A stretch of DNA of 63,532 nt, the filler included, from Octopus bimaculoides (taxonomy: Eukaryota): the NCBI RefSeq assembly GCF_001194135.2. It is 3 parts of 3 records of this genome, joined end to end, with 100 filler letters (N's around TTAATTAATTAA, not from the genome) between each part and the next. Parts side by side here need not be neighbours in the genome. Positions count along the whole stretch, not along the records: positions 24,449 to 46,604 come from NC_068997.1; 2 more parts are not named here. One strand, given 5' to 3'. A program made the position numbers and the translations under genes. The stretch's first letter is position 1. Each line of letters begins with the position of its first letter. Below the pieces are notes generated by a model, which saw only the letters and a program-made list of their open reading frames with translations, was not told the DNA's origin and did not search any database. Below, piece after piece: positions 24,637 to 37,503 of this stretch.

Positions 24637-25238
24637 TCTGGCGGCGTTCGTTAATTTCTTTCATACAAAAGCGGAATTAATTTCAAGGAATTGAAAGTAA
24701 CCATTTGCAACTTAATTTACATGCTTAGAGTAAAGCCTGATCTTTCTGTTATAGGCAAGGGTCAAATGTGGACATGAAGACAGGATTTGACTTCTTCGGT
24801 CTCATTTACATTGTATATGTTTTACTCACACCCGCCTAATTAGCTGAGAAAAGATTTGTTTACACAACAAGAAAGTATTACGAAAATAATCTTACAAGCA
24901 AAACTACAAGAGCAGTAAGTATCGTGTTTCGAACTAGTGGTGAATATAAAACAAAACATAAGAGAAATTATAACTGATTTGTAGAAGATTGAAATGTTCG
25001 TCACATATATACGCGCAAATATAGGTAGACAAACAACGTTTATAGATGTACAGATGTAATGAACACATTCTAATACACGGATCGAAGATAGATGTGCAGA
25101 ACTGGTAACAAACATACGAATACACAGTCACAAGTGGGAGTCATTCCCTCACACATTTATACACACATATGCATGCAAACACAAATAGACACGTGCGCGC
25201 GCGCACGCACACACACACACATATTATAAACTACTCAC

Positions 25239-25296
25239 CGACTAGTTAGGCTTCTATTCCCAACTGTGACTCACTGAATCACGTTGACCTTGACAC
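25239..25296 (-). other. Candidate non-coding (5' UTR) exon, 58 nt
   Basis: Acceptor TTACTTTTGATACTAG and strong donor CG/GTGAGT. Stops occur in all three frames. Confidence 0.25.
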
Positions 25297-25390
25297 CTAG
25301 TATCAAAAGTAATTGTTAATTATTGGTTATAAAAGTACTTGTGATCTTCATTGAAATTTGATTACAAATGTATTACCCTACACGCACTCC

Positions 25391-25422
<32 letters not shown>

Positions 25423-25499
25423 TCACATACACACATACATACATACATACATACACATACACACGTACAAATACATCTACAACGCCACTGTTGTTATCA

Positions 25500-25600
25500 G
25501 AGAAGTAGCCTGCTTCTCGCTTCCGGCACCATTTTCTTTTATCGATATAAAATATTTTGCAGTTATTGGGTCATGCGTGATTGGCTGAGTCATAAGCACT
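25500..25600 (-). promoter_or_regulatory. Candidate TATA-less promoter motif cluster
   Basis: The minus strand has two CCAAT boxes, a YY1-like AAAATGGTGCC and an ETS site CCGGAAG. An AP-1 site TGAGTCA lies adjacent. The context is unique and CpG-containing. Motif matches only. Confidence 0.25.
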
Positions 25601-26216
25601 GGAATTTTCGACAAACTTTTAATTAATGATGGTCAGTCAAAGGGAATACACTTAACTAAATCGTTTGCATCATGTATATCTACACATATAAACATATACG
25701 TATAAATACAATCAGTTATATACCACGTATATAGAAACTAGTTAAAATATAACGAAAAATACTTTTATTTTTTGCGTATGAATACAAAAACAGATATTCC
25801 TGTGTACATTGAAATGTTCTAAGTGCGCAACTCTTAATACAAACTAATACAGTATGCAAATAATATGCTTTTTGAATTACGAACACTGCTTATCGTTCTC
25901 TGCTCCTTTACATTTAGATGGATAATAAGTAGAGTACGAGAAATATTCTTTTAAAGGGCTATATTTTGTCATTGCATCATATTTCTCCTCTCCATCTCAG
26001 AACATCATTTAGCATGTATATTTATTAAGGATTGGGTGTCTAGTTCTGTATGTATATGTTTGCATGCTTGTATATGCATTCTATCTTTCACCTGCCCACT
26101 CGCTAAGTTACGGGGACGTAAACTCACCAACACCATCGCCAAGCGGTGACTGGGGCTACAAACATAGACACAAAGACACGCACACAGACACGCACACACG
26201 CATACATATATATGTA

Positions 26217-26264
<48 letters not shown>

Positions 26265-26769
26265 NNNNNNNNNNNNNNNNNNNNNNNNNNNNNNNNNNNN
26301 NNNNNNNNNNNNNNNNNNNNNNNNNNNNNNNNNNNNNNNNNNNNNNNNNNNNNNNNNNNNNNNNNNNNNNNNNNNNNNNNNNNNNNNNNNNNNNNNNNNN
26401 NNNNNNNNNNNNNNNNNNNNNNNNNNNNNNNNNNNNNNNNNNNNNNNNNNNNNNNNNNNNNNNNNNNNNNNNNNNNNNNNNNNNNNNNNNNNNNNNNNNN
26501 NNNNNNNNNNNNNNNNNNNNNNNNNNNNNNNNNNNNNNNNNNNNNNNNNNNNNNNNNNNNNNNNNNNNNNNNNNNNNNNNNNNNNNNNNNNNNNNNNNNN
26601 NNNNNNNNNNNNNNNNNNNNNNNNNNNNNNNNNNNNNNNNNNNNNNNNNNNNNNNNNNNNNNNNNNNNNNNNNNNNNNNNNNNNNNNNNNNNNNNNNNNN
26701 NNNNNNNNNNNNNNNNNNNNNNNNNNNNNNNNNNNNNNNNNNNNNNNNNNNNNNNNNNNNNGTGTGTGT

Positions 26770-29080
26770 GTGTGTGTGTGTGCGTGCGTGCGTGTCTGTG
26801 TATATACATATATATGTATGTATGTATGTGCAGATTTGTATGTTTTGCTTTATGTATACATTCTAATGCATATAGTTGCATATCTAGACATGCTCATATA
26901 TATTTAAATGATAAATTTCTGGAATGTTTTACAGATTTTTAACAGTTTCAGTGATGGATTGCATCTGCAGTCTTCGAATTAGCTTTCTCTTTTCTGTTTC
27001 CGAGAAGCCTAATTTCTCAAGAGTGCTATTCAGGCAATGTGTTATCCCAGGGCACCAATAATTACAGGTATAAACCTGAACTTGTAATCTAGATAGAGTA
27101 ACTGCAGATTTCTCAGTAATTCAGTATAAGTGTCCTCCTTTTCACTGATCTTCAGCTTTATGTTAACATCTGTTGGCCAGATAATTTCCACAATTGTGCA
27201 CAGTTTCTCTTCTCTATGGCAAATCATTATATCAGGTCTGTCGTGCTTACATTTTATTAAGATCTTCACTGGTATATTCCAACAGTATTCTTTTTTATTA
27301 TGGGTGACTATGGCTTCTACCATATTGCGGGTTCTTATTTCTTTGTCTTCGGGAATATCTTTCCTACGGATTTCATTATACACCTTTCTCTTCCAGTGAA
27401 TGGCATTTCTATACCTGAAAAGATAAACATATCAAAGATTAAACATGAAATTTTGACCTGTTTCTACACATGCTGCTAAAATTTAAAGTAATTTGAACAA
27501 GAACTAGAAAAGTTATTATATTGTGAAATGATATCAAATTTTTTGAAACACCTTATAGATTGTCCTAGCTACATCATGTCTAATCGGTAGATAATACCGT
27601 GATGGCATTTTCGGACAACTGCTTATGATGTGGGTGATATCTTTGGTGTTAGCTCCACAAAGTCAGCTTCGGATGCCACATTTTACTGCTTTCCTGCATC
27701 TCTATCCCATTTGTGCATCAGGTACTTGGTTGATATTTCCTGTTCCTGTATTACAAATGCATACCCATCAAAGTGGGCGGTAGTAATCCGGCTATTGGTC
27801 TATGATAGACAGCTTTCATGATCAATGTTACTAAGTTCTCGGAGCTTTCTACTAACATATCCAGGCATAGTCTTCTACTCGTATAGATTCATCCTTTCAT
27901 CTGATGATACGTTACGGTAAAGTCGTGCGACTTCTTTGGGGGATATATTCTAGGTTATCAGACAAAAAATGTTGTTCAAGGAGCTGCTTTCCAAGTCTTA
28001 TGATGTTATCACCCTCATGTATGCAAACTTGGTCCAGAGATGCTCTTCGACACTTGGTGGTTAAGAGATGTTGCCAAAGAGATATAATACGACATTCAAA
28101 GTCATTTTGGATCGATGTTAAACCTCTGCCGCCTTGTTTTCGTCTTAGGTAGCAACGGTCTACGTCACTGTTTATGTGGAAATTATGTGTGCTTTCGGGT
28201 TTTCACATCAATGGCTCGGATCTCATCAAGCGTCCAGTCAAGCAGCCCAAATGATGGTATGATTTGTGGCACTGCAAACAGATTGTAGATCACTGTTTTT
28301 ATTGAATGTGGAGAGTTTTGAGGTCCAAATTTATTCAGCTGAAATATTCTTTAGTGACACGCTTTTTGTTACTGGTGCCACTATAAGATATATTTTCATC
28401 CACCCCGTGATACCTGTAACATTCCTCGTCAGATATAGGGGAAACAGTGAAATTATTGATGGAGGTGTTGCTAGTCTGGTTTACAGTTCTTTTCACAACC
28501 ATATAACAACATTTATCCTGACCAAACTCCAACCCTACATCCTTATAGAATGTTGTAACTAGGTCAAAGGACTTTTTCATCTCATGCATATTCTTTGCAT
28601 AAAGTTTTAAAGCCATACGCCAAGAAATAGTGTGTAATTTTAGTATTTCTGTGTCCTTGTGAACATGAATGAGAAGGGGTTTACAGAAAGTATAAACAAC
28701 ATCACAGAGAGGCTGTCTCCTTGGAATATGCTTTTGCGATACTGTATTCTATCGGTGATGATACGGTTACTCTTTGTGCTCAATTTCAAGATGGTGGCCC
28801 AGGTTGAAGTCAGGTCAGCAATGGCTTTGACTATTCTCACTGGAACTTTAGGAAGTTGAAGGGCTTCTAGCATCCATGAATGGGGAACAGAGTCAAAGGC
28901 TTCCTTGCAGTCTAACCACATTGAAACTAGGCTCCACCTATGCTCTCGCACCTCTGACATCACAGTTTTGTTGATTAACAATTGCTCAGCACGTCTCTAG
29001 ACTTCCTTCTTCCCAATTTCTTGTTCTGCAGTGATGATGTTATTGGTTTCACAATGGTCCTGGAAGAAGAGTTTTAAGCA
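26770..29080 (-). mobile_element. R4/Dong-type RLE non-LTR retrotransposon, copy A, 5'-truncated and defective
   Basis: RT motifs WLDCKEAFDSVPHSW, IFQGDSLS and GLEFGQDKC, a decayed CCHC, the PD-(D/E) nuclease HDRPDIMI...IVEIIWP and IPVIIGALG. Stop at 26904-26906, then 3' UTR. An AT-rich insert of about 180 bp lies near 27390-27570. Confidence 0.9.
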
Positions 29081-29102
29081 TGTTGTATATTTCTTATACA
29101 TT

Positions 29103-30518
29103 ACGTATGTATGTATGTATGTATGTATGTTATCAATCAGTTTCATTTCTGTATTTCTTGTCCATAGAGAAAGAGCCGGACTCTAACATAGATTCAAGGC
29201 TCCTTCATTGGAACTTTTATCAACATCATCTAGGTATTTGTGCATATGTGTGTCTCTGTGTGTGTGTGCAGTATTTGGTGTTAGTGTATGCGCAGATTTG
29301 TATGTTTGTTTTATGGATGCGTGTTTATATATATATTTTCATGTCTAGATGCATGCATATGTATTTATGTGCTAAATTTTTGGAATCTGAACTTGTAGTC
29401 TGGGTGGAGTATCTGCAAATTTCTCAGTAACTCGGCGTAGTTGTTCNNNNNNNNNNNNNNNNNNNNNNNNNNNNNNNNNNNNNNNNNNNNNNNNNNNNNN
29501 NNNNNNNNNNNNNNNNNNNNNNNNNNNNNNNNNNNNNNNNNNNNNNNNNNNNNNNNNNNNNNNNNNNNNNNNNNNNNNNNNNNNNNNNNNNNNNNNNNAT
29601 TGGGACATTCCACCAATACTCTTTCATATTGTGAGTGGTAATGGCCTCTACCTCATTATGGGTTTTCATTTCCTTAGCCCCGGGGTTATCCTGTCGGCGG
29701 ATTTCATTGTACAGTGTCTTGGCCACAACATCATGTCTCATAGGTAGGTAATACCGTGATGACATTTTTGGACAGCTGCTGATGATGTGGGTGATATCTT
29801 CGATACTGATTCCACAGTGTCTGCATCGATTATTACATTGTGGCGCTTTGCCCGTCTCTCTGTCCCGTTTGTTTATTAGGAATTTAGTTGCTATTTCTTG
29901 TTCTTGAATAGCAAAGGCATATCCTTCAAAGTGAGAGTTGGTGACCCGATTGTTTGTCCACGATAGACTGCTCTGGTTCTCAATGCTGTTATCACCCTGG
30001 AGCTTTCTGTTAACGTATCCATGCATGGTTTTCTGCTGGAATGCATTCATCCTCTCCTCTGATGTTATGTTACGGTAGAGTCTTGCAATTTCTTTGGATA
30101 AAAGTTCAGGTTTGTCGAATAAGGAATGCTTGTCAAGTAGTTGCCTTCCCAATCTCATGATGGTATTTACCTCATGTCTGCAGACTTCATCAAGGGGTGC
30201 ACTTTGTTGGGGTGGTTTTTAGCCTTTCCTCGTTCCACAACCATATAGGAACATTTATCTTGGCCAAACTCTAGTCCTACATCACCAGAAAATGTTGTGA
30301 CCAGGGCGAGGCTTTTTTTCATATCATCCATGTTCTTGGCATACAATTTCAAATCATCGACAAAAAAGCAGTGCGTAATTTTGGTGTTTCTGTTTGCATG
30401 CGTTCCAATTAGATACCCTTCAGACTTCTTCAGCATGTATGATAATGGGTTTACCGACAGTATGAACAGCATCACAGAGAGGCTGTCTCCTTGGAATATC
30501 CCCCTGCGATATTGTATT
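29103..30518 (-). mobile_element. R4/Dong-type LINE, copy B, 5'-truncated
   Basis: IFQGDSLSVMLF, FVDDLKLYAKN, and CCHC CRHCGISIEDITHIISSC...RHD. The 3' UTR is homologous to copy A and ends in (ACAT)n. An (ACAT)-rich array also abuts the 5' end. Confidence 0.92.
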
Positions 30519-30723
30519 TTTTTTATGTATGTATGTATGTATTATGTGTGCATGTATGCATGCATGTATGTATGTATTTATGTATGTATTTATGTATGTA
30601 TGGCTTGTATGGCATGTACGATAGGTATCTATGTGTGTATGTGTATGTATGTAGGTATGTATGTGTGTATGTATGGTAGGTATCTATATGTGTGTATGTA
30701 TGGTATGTATGTATGTATGTATG

Positions 30724-31145
30724 TTCTCTTTCTCTTTCTATATTTTAGAATAAATTTTGATCGGCCATCTACTTGGTAGCAAGGTTGTGAAGGAGAGCAT
30801 CTTGTTTTAACCATCATCCTTTAAATTTTAAGAAGGTCTTGTAGATTTTAATAGTCCCAGATACTGTGGTCATTTGTAATCTATGAATTATGGATTAAAG
30901 ATCCCAAGTTCAGCCATACTTTGCTCAGACGTGTTGGTATGTATTTTGTTTCTCCAATAATAATAGGTGTCAAGCTGAAAGTGTATCTTGAGTACTCGAT
31001 TTGCAAACTCTTTATCAATGGCGTATCGATATCCTCTTCCTCTTGTATTTTTGTAACCACAGGGAAGCTGATTTCCACAACAAAACATATCTTTTCCTTG
31101 TTGTCTCACGCAACATGTGGCCAGGTGTGTTTTAACTTGGTGGCT
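30724..31145 (-). mobile_element. Diverged R4/Dong-type LINE, copy C (nuclease domain and 3' end only)
   Basis: DNKEKICFVVEISFP...PLIKSLQIEYSRYTFSLTPIIIG parallels copy A's EEKLCTIVEIIWP...ELLRNLQLLYLDYKFRFIPVIIG. (ACAT)n lies on both sides. Confidence 0.65.
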
Positions 31146-32469
31146 GTATGTATGTATGTATGTATGTATGTATGTATGTATGTATGTATGTGTGTATGTA
31201 TGTATACAGGGTGCCTTAAGCGTAAATACACACTTCATCGGTTAAATGTGCTACTGGATGTATGTAAACGCAGTAGAAGCGAAAAGCAGCTTAGGAAGTA
31301 ATTTCAAAGATGTCTGTCTACACGACTTACCATCACTCGCTTAGAAGGGATTTCTGATGTGATGAATCTATGATAAAAGATAAACTAATCATGACTATTC
31401 CAACTCGTACAGAATTTGTTTACCTCGGGTTATATCATTCAGTGTGACATTTCTAAAGGTGTGATTTGCGAAAGCTTTTACTGCTATTTCTAGCGGGTGG
31501 TATTTAGTAGTGTTTGTTATAGTCGAAATTTTGTAGTGGATAGCATGAATTATGGGTTTCAACTTGTTAATGACAATATCTCTACCTCTGGATTTAAAAC
31601 TAACTGTTTTCTTTAAGTTACATTCAACAGGCAATTAGTATTAATATTTATGTCGTTTAAGGAGGTGAGCTGGCAGAATGCTTAGCACGCCAGGCAAATA
31701 GTCGGCTGAACGTAATGGAGAGTCAACGATTATCTAGCAATTGCATAGGTACATAGAAATACTGGAGATGGTGAATGAACACGCTGAAAGATCACTTGAG
31801 ACCGATGAACCCAGAGTTCATATTAGAACACCTATCCAGGAGAAGGATATTCTGGTGTGAAACCTGGGGATAGCGCAGCCTCTGGTCGTCCCAGCCATTA
31901 CTGGACAGCGGGAGGAAAGCTTTTCTATCTGAAAAGTGAAAGCAGTTTCGTAGATTCTTTACTCACTGTAATCAATTTATATGAAAACACTAAGAAAAAT
32001 GAAGCTTCTTAAGGCGATTGGGATCAAGCTGAAACATATCAGCTTGATCACATAGAATTATGTAATTTCAAACCTACTCGGAGAAATCTTATTGCATTTG
32101 CCCTTTCTTTTCCAAACTATGGTTATGGAAATGTTCGAATGATTGAGCAACTCTTAACATCAAACTAGAAACAACTTAGAAATTGTAACTTAAACAAATC
32201 ATGCCTAATTCAGGAACTGACCAGCAATTTTCAGTCTTCTTTTAGCAGGCTTCCAGGGTGAAAAATCCAAGAAATTAGTCATACTCGGACCGTATTCACT
32301 TTCGCTGTTTAAGCATGTATGTACGTATGTATGTATGTTACTCTCTAAACAGAGGTGCCTTCTCACTAGTTGCAGAAAATGTTTTGCTGATTTCTTAAAG
32401 CCGGTCATGACAATATTATCTGATGTCTATAAGGTGTATCTAGGAGCGATGACTAACCGTAAGGAGACT

Positions 32470-33363
32470 GAGAATACAAGAGCAATGAAAGAACTCAAAT
32501 GTAGTAAAGCTCCTGGAGAGGATGAAATTCGACCTGAGATGCTAAATCCCTTAAATAAAGAAGGTAGTCTCTGGTTGACTCGTATGTTCCAGGTGACCTG
32601 GATCTCTGGGAAGGCACCTAAGTAATGGCAATTGGGAATGATAATCTAATTTTCAAAAGTGGAGAAAAGAGAGATTGCTATATTTATAGATGAATCAACT
32701 CGTTAAACCTCCTCTGTAAAGTCTACGCTGGGCGCTTAACGAAGAGATGTAGGGATATTGCTGGCTAACGAACATTGTGGGTTTGCCTTGGATGCAGCAC
32801 AGCCGATCAAATACTTAACTGCGCCATATTCTCGGAAAATGGTGTGAGTATGGTTAAGAGGTGTACGCTTGCTTCGTAGACTTCAAAAAGGCATACGGCT
32901 GCGCTCCACGGAACGGGTTGTGGAAGGTTCTGCAGGGCTATGAGATCGATAGACGGTTTCTTATTGCCTTGAAATCCCCTTATTTGTGTTCGTATAAATG
33001 GTGTTAGGTCGAAACCATTCCATGTGGGTGTCCAACTCCACCAAGGGCGCGTACTATCATCTCACCCGTTCATAATCTTTATGGACAGGATTGTAATGCG
33101 CAGGCGGATTACAAGTGGTATCGAGACCGACGGTTGTAGGATGAGTCGGCTGAAATTTTCATACCGTATGGTGCTACTCAGCTCGTCGGAAAGTGATCTC
33201 CGACATGCAGCTGAATTGTGCTCGTTAAAAAAGAAATTCAAAACTGCGAAGACTGTGAGAATCGTCCTCACAAGGAATCCTGCGTAGTGCACCCTACATG
33301 TGACTGGAATTCCACCAAAGCAGGTAAAATTCAAGTACATTGGAACCGTTTTCACGAGTAATG
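32470..33363 (+). mobile_element. RTE-clade LINE (Rex3-like), RT domain, left part
   Basis: KAPGEDEIRPEML, FVDFKKAY, GVQLHQGRVLS, and FKYIGTVFTSN ending at the Gypsy insertion. Confidence 0.85.
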
Positions 33364-36300
33364 TGTTGTATAGTGAAACTGTACACCCCTCCCTGTGAAA
33401 GTGGTAGTAGCCAGTCATCATGAATAGATCAGTAGCCAGTCGACAGAGGAGGTCGAGAAGGTGGAGAGTACGTGTAGGCTGTGTTGATAGTCATGTCCGT
33501 GTTAGTATAGTAATTATACTGTGATACTGAGTGGACGTTATAACGATCCAGCCTTTTGAGGATAATAACACTGTACGACTGGGACTTGTATATACCAGAT
33601 ACACCCATTCTATCAACGACTTCGGAATATAACAATATCTGTCAGAGCGACAGTCGTCGTCAAAAGACAGATACAACAGTGGCAAAAGACCGCTTTACAA
33701 CAGTGGTGGTGAGGGAAAACAAATTTTACATTCACGCGGAGAGTTTAAACTAATTTACGTAGAAAATTAAATAACTCGACAAAAAAGGAACAAAAATCTT
33801 GTGCAAACTTACGAAAATCATAAAATATGGAAGACTTGTTAGCTGGAGTACTTGAGTTGCAAAAACAGCAACAACAGCAACTCAAGGAACAACGAGAACA
33901 ATAAGGATTGTAGCAGCAAATGATACAACTAATAAAGTTGATAACCAAATCAGAGAATGCATTTTCACTTGACCATGTAACAAATTCCATCAGCAAATTC
34001 AAATATGACCCCAAAGAAGTAGTAACCTTCGAGGCTTACTATCGAAGATTTCAACAAACGTTTGAAAAGGAATGTCAGCATTGGACGGACGAAAACGCGT
34101 CTATTGTTAAGAAAACTAGCAACAGCAGAGCATGAGAAGTATAGCAACTTCATATTGCCTAAAAAAAAAAAGGGTCCGACAAATTTCACCGACGCAGTTG
34201 ACATTTTTAGCAAAATGTATAGTGAAAAGAGCTCACTGTTTTATACTAGATGAAAATGTTTAAACATACAAAAGAATGAAGATGAAGATTTTACTAGTTA
34301 AACAGGTAGAGTCAACAAAGAATGTGAGAGATTTAAGTGAAATATGCTAACACCAAATTCTTTCAAGTGTTTGATTTTTGCACAAGATCTGACAAATAAT
34401 AAGGATGCAGAAATCCGAACAAAATTTCTAGCAAAACTGGAAATGAACCAGGATTTGACATAGCAGAAACTGTCGGAAGAGTGTGACAGGGTATTAAAAT
34501 TATGGCATGACACGGATGAAATTCAGCGGAAAAAGTGATTCCACATAAGACCAGTGCAAAAAAGTCGGAAGACAAATAAAGTGTTGTAGGGAAGACAGAA
34601 AAAAATATCAGGATGTTGACCCATGTATGGCATGTAGTGGGATGCACCTGAAAAAGATTGTCTATAAAAAAAAGCAAAGTGTTTTCGATGCGCATTTACA
34701 GGACATACAAAATCGCACTGCAAAACTAGAATGATAGGAAAATGGAACAAACAAGAAAAAATAAATAGTTTATCGGCAGGAAAAGTTGTGACTACAACAA
34801 ACAGAAAATTCATGAATACCAGAATTGAAAACTAGTGTCAGAAAGTAATTAGACACGGAAAGTGACATCACAATGATAAATGCGAAAACATAGGAACAAA
34901 TTGGTAAAGCAAAATAATGTAGTTCAAACAAAATCGCGTACGGTGTTACGGAAAGAAAATTATATTTCACAGGCGAACGCGTTTGTAATATAATGTTCAA
35001 AGGTCGAAACAAAAAAGTGAATGTTTATGCGTTGAAAACATCCATGAATGTATGGAGAAATTTAATTAAGATGATACACACATAAACGCTTTATGCATTA
35101 GCGTAAACGGAGCAGTGAAACGATCGAAGGAGGTCGATGAACTGAAACAAAAAAAAGTGATGCGGAACATCATGCGTAAACTACCAGTAACTTTGGAAGA
35201 AATAAAAAGAAATGCAAGAAATGACAAATTCATTAATGAGACAAAAAGAAAACTGTGGTTGACAAAAGGAAATAAAAATGGTCTGATGCAAATAACCGCC
35301 AAAATGTGAACGTGTACCCTATATGTGATGGTGTACCTTCAGGGGGTGGTCATACCACAAACATTACAGAAGACAATGCTAAAAGAGTTTCATGTGGGAC
35401 ACCTAGGCTTCTGTAGAATGAAAGCGCCTATGCGAAGTTTCGTATAATGGCCGAGCATGGACAAGGAAGTTGAAAATCTGGTAAAAGGCTGCAGAGAATG
35501 TGCACTTGGAGCGAAACTATCTGCTACAAAATGTGAACCTTAGCCGAAAGTGAAAGTACCATGGACCCGATAGCATATCGATTTTGCAGGCCCGGTATAA
35601 TAGATATTATTACTTAATAATAGTGGACAACTACACAAAATGACCTTACACGAGGTGTAAACAACCAGCCACATATACAGTAATAAAGTTCTTACACGAT
35701 TTGTTGGCAAGATTTGGTGTACCAGAAATAATTGTCTCTGATACCGGAACATAGTTCGTATCCGATGAATTTAAAGGATTCTGCGAGATGTTGACGTTAG
35801 AACATAAAACCATAACACTGTATCACCCTAGAAGGGCCAAACTGTCTGTGGGAACTTTTAAGAGCGCTTTAAAGAAAGCGAATATGGAAGCCACAGACGA
35901 GGTCGCGATACAACAATTCTTAAGGGTATAGAGGGTAACTCCGTACCCAAATGCGCCAGAAGGAAGTTCACCAGCAGAATTAATGCTTGCCAGAACGGTG
36001 AAGATAGCATTCAATTAACTGTTACCAGTGAAGAAAAAAATACGTGCTAGTAAAGACATGCCAAAATTCTTTAGAATCAGAGATAAGGTATATGTAAGAA
36101 TGTACAAAAAAGGTAAGCAATATTGGGAAGAAGGAGATTGTAACATGCATAGGGAAAATGATGTATGGTGTAAGAAGCAGAAATGGAATGAAAAGGGGAC
36201 ACAGAAGTTAACTTAAGGAAAGAATCATAGAAAAGGAAGAAAAGAAGAGTAGAAATACCGATAGATTGGTTATATGACACTTTTGAGGCTCCAACACCGT

Positions 36301-36934
36301 TACAAAAAGTCGAAACCACACGTACAAGGAAAAGGAAGAATACTGAATTCCTGAAAATAGACCCTAAGAAGAAAAGATATTGAGTATATATATATATATN
36401 NNNNNNNNNNNNNNNNNNNNNNNNNNNNNNNNNNNNNNNNNNNNNNNNNNNNNNNNNNNNNNNNNNNNNNNNNNNNNNNNNNNNNNNNNNNNNNNNNNNN
36501 NNNNNNNNNNNNNNNNNNNATAAAGAGGAGGTGAGGTGAATAAAAGAAATTGATTGTTAAATGTGTTAAAATTAAAAAGGGAAATGTTGTATAGTGAAAC
36601 TGTTCACTCCTCCCGGTAAAAAGAGGTAGTAGCCAGCCATTTTAAATAGACCAGTAGCCGGTCGACAGAGAAGGTCGAAAAGGTCGAGAAAGTCGAGAGT
36701 GCGTATAGACTGTGTTGATAGTCGTGTCTGTGCTGATATAGTGATTATACTGTGATGCTGAGTGGACGTTATAACGAGCCAGCCTTTTGAGGATAATAAC
36801 ACTGTACGACTGGGGGTCGTACAGTGTCAGATAGAACCATTCTTTCGACGACTTCGGAATATAACAATATCTGTCAGAGCGACAACCATCGTCAAAAGAC
36901 AGATACAACAGTAGCAAAAGACCGCTTTAGAACA
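33364..36934 (+). mobile_element. Ty3/Gypsy (Mag-like) LTR retrotransposon 1, RT and RNase H deleted, defective
   Basis: 5' LTR 33364-33702 and 3' LTR 36585-36934 (both TG...CA). TSD TAATG on both sides. PBS-like TGGTGGTGAGG and PPT AAAAAGGGAAA. Gag with two zinc knuckles, protease LDTESD, and integrase H-x-G-H...C-x-x-C, HIDFAGP and IVSDTGT. Confidence 0.93.
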
Positions 36935-37430
36935 TAATGGATGGCAGGAATCTGAATTAAATGTAAAACTTGCTGGATCTGGTGCATTACTGCCCCAGCT
37001 TCAGCATTTGGTCACCAAACGAAGGGAGGTAGGTGTAAAAACCAAGCTTGCTATCCCGTAGCTATGGTCATGAACCATGGATAGTTACCGAGAGAATATG
37101 ATGGCAGATATAAACAGCCGAGACGAGGTTCCTCCGAAGGGTCTTAGGAGTGATTATCCTCGATAGAATGCGTAGCTCGGAAATCAGGGAGGTTCTCAAT
37201 GTAGAGCTGCTAGTTCTCCTATTTGAGAGGCCATAACTCCGACACTACGGACATGTGATAAAAATGTCTCAGGAAAGAAGTGTGGGACAGTTTTTACGGG
37301 TAAAACCAATTGGCAGCAAATCCAAGCGTAGACCACAACCAAGATTGTTGGATAACATCCTTGCGCTCGGCTGGTCTCGCTTGGGGACCTAACCGAATAA
37401 ACTGGAGACGGTTATAATATGAATGCTGAA
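36935..37430 (+). mobile_element. RTE-clade LINE (Rex3-like), right part
   Basis: The frame resumes after the TSD, followed by SYGHEPW, RFLRRVLGV, LRHYGHV and GWSRLG. Confidence 0.85.
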
Positions 37431-37503
37431 CATAAAGAAAACCAAAATCTAGAAGAAGCGTTTTGACTGGTTTGTTATCTATATTTATTATGTCCTTTAC
37501 TTT

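Noticed and set aside
31395-31634. 79-aa ORF next to LINE copy C
   Set aside because: No motif was recognised, so it cannot be assigned to the LINE or to a host gene.
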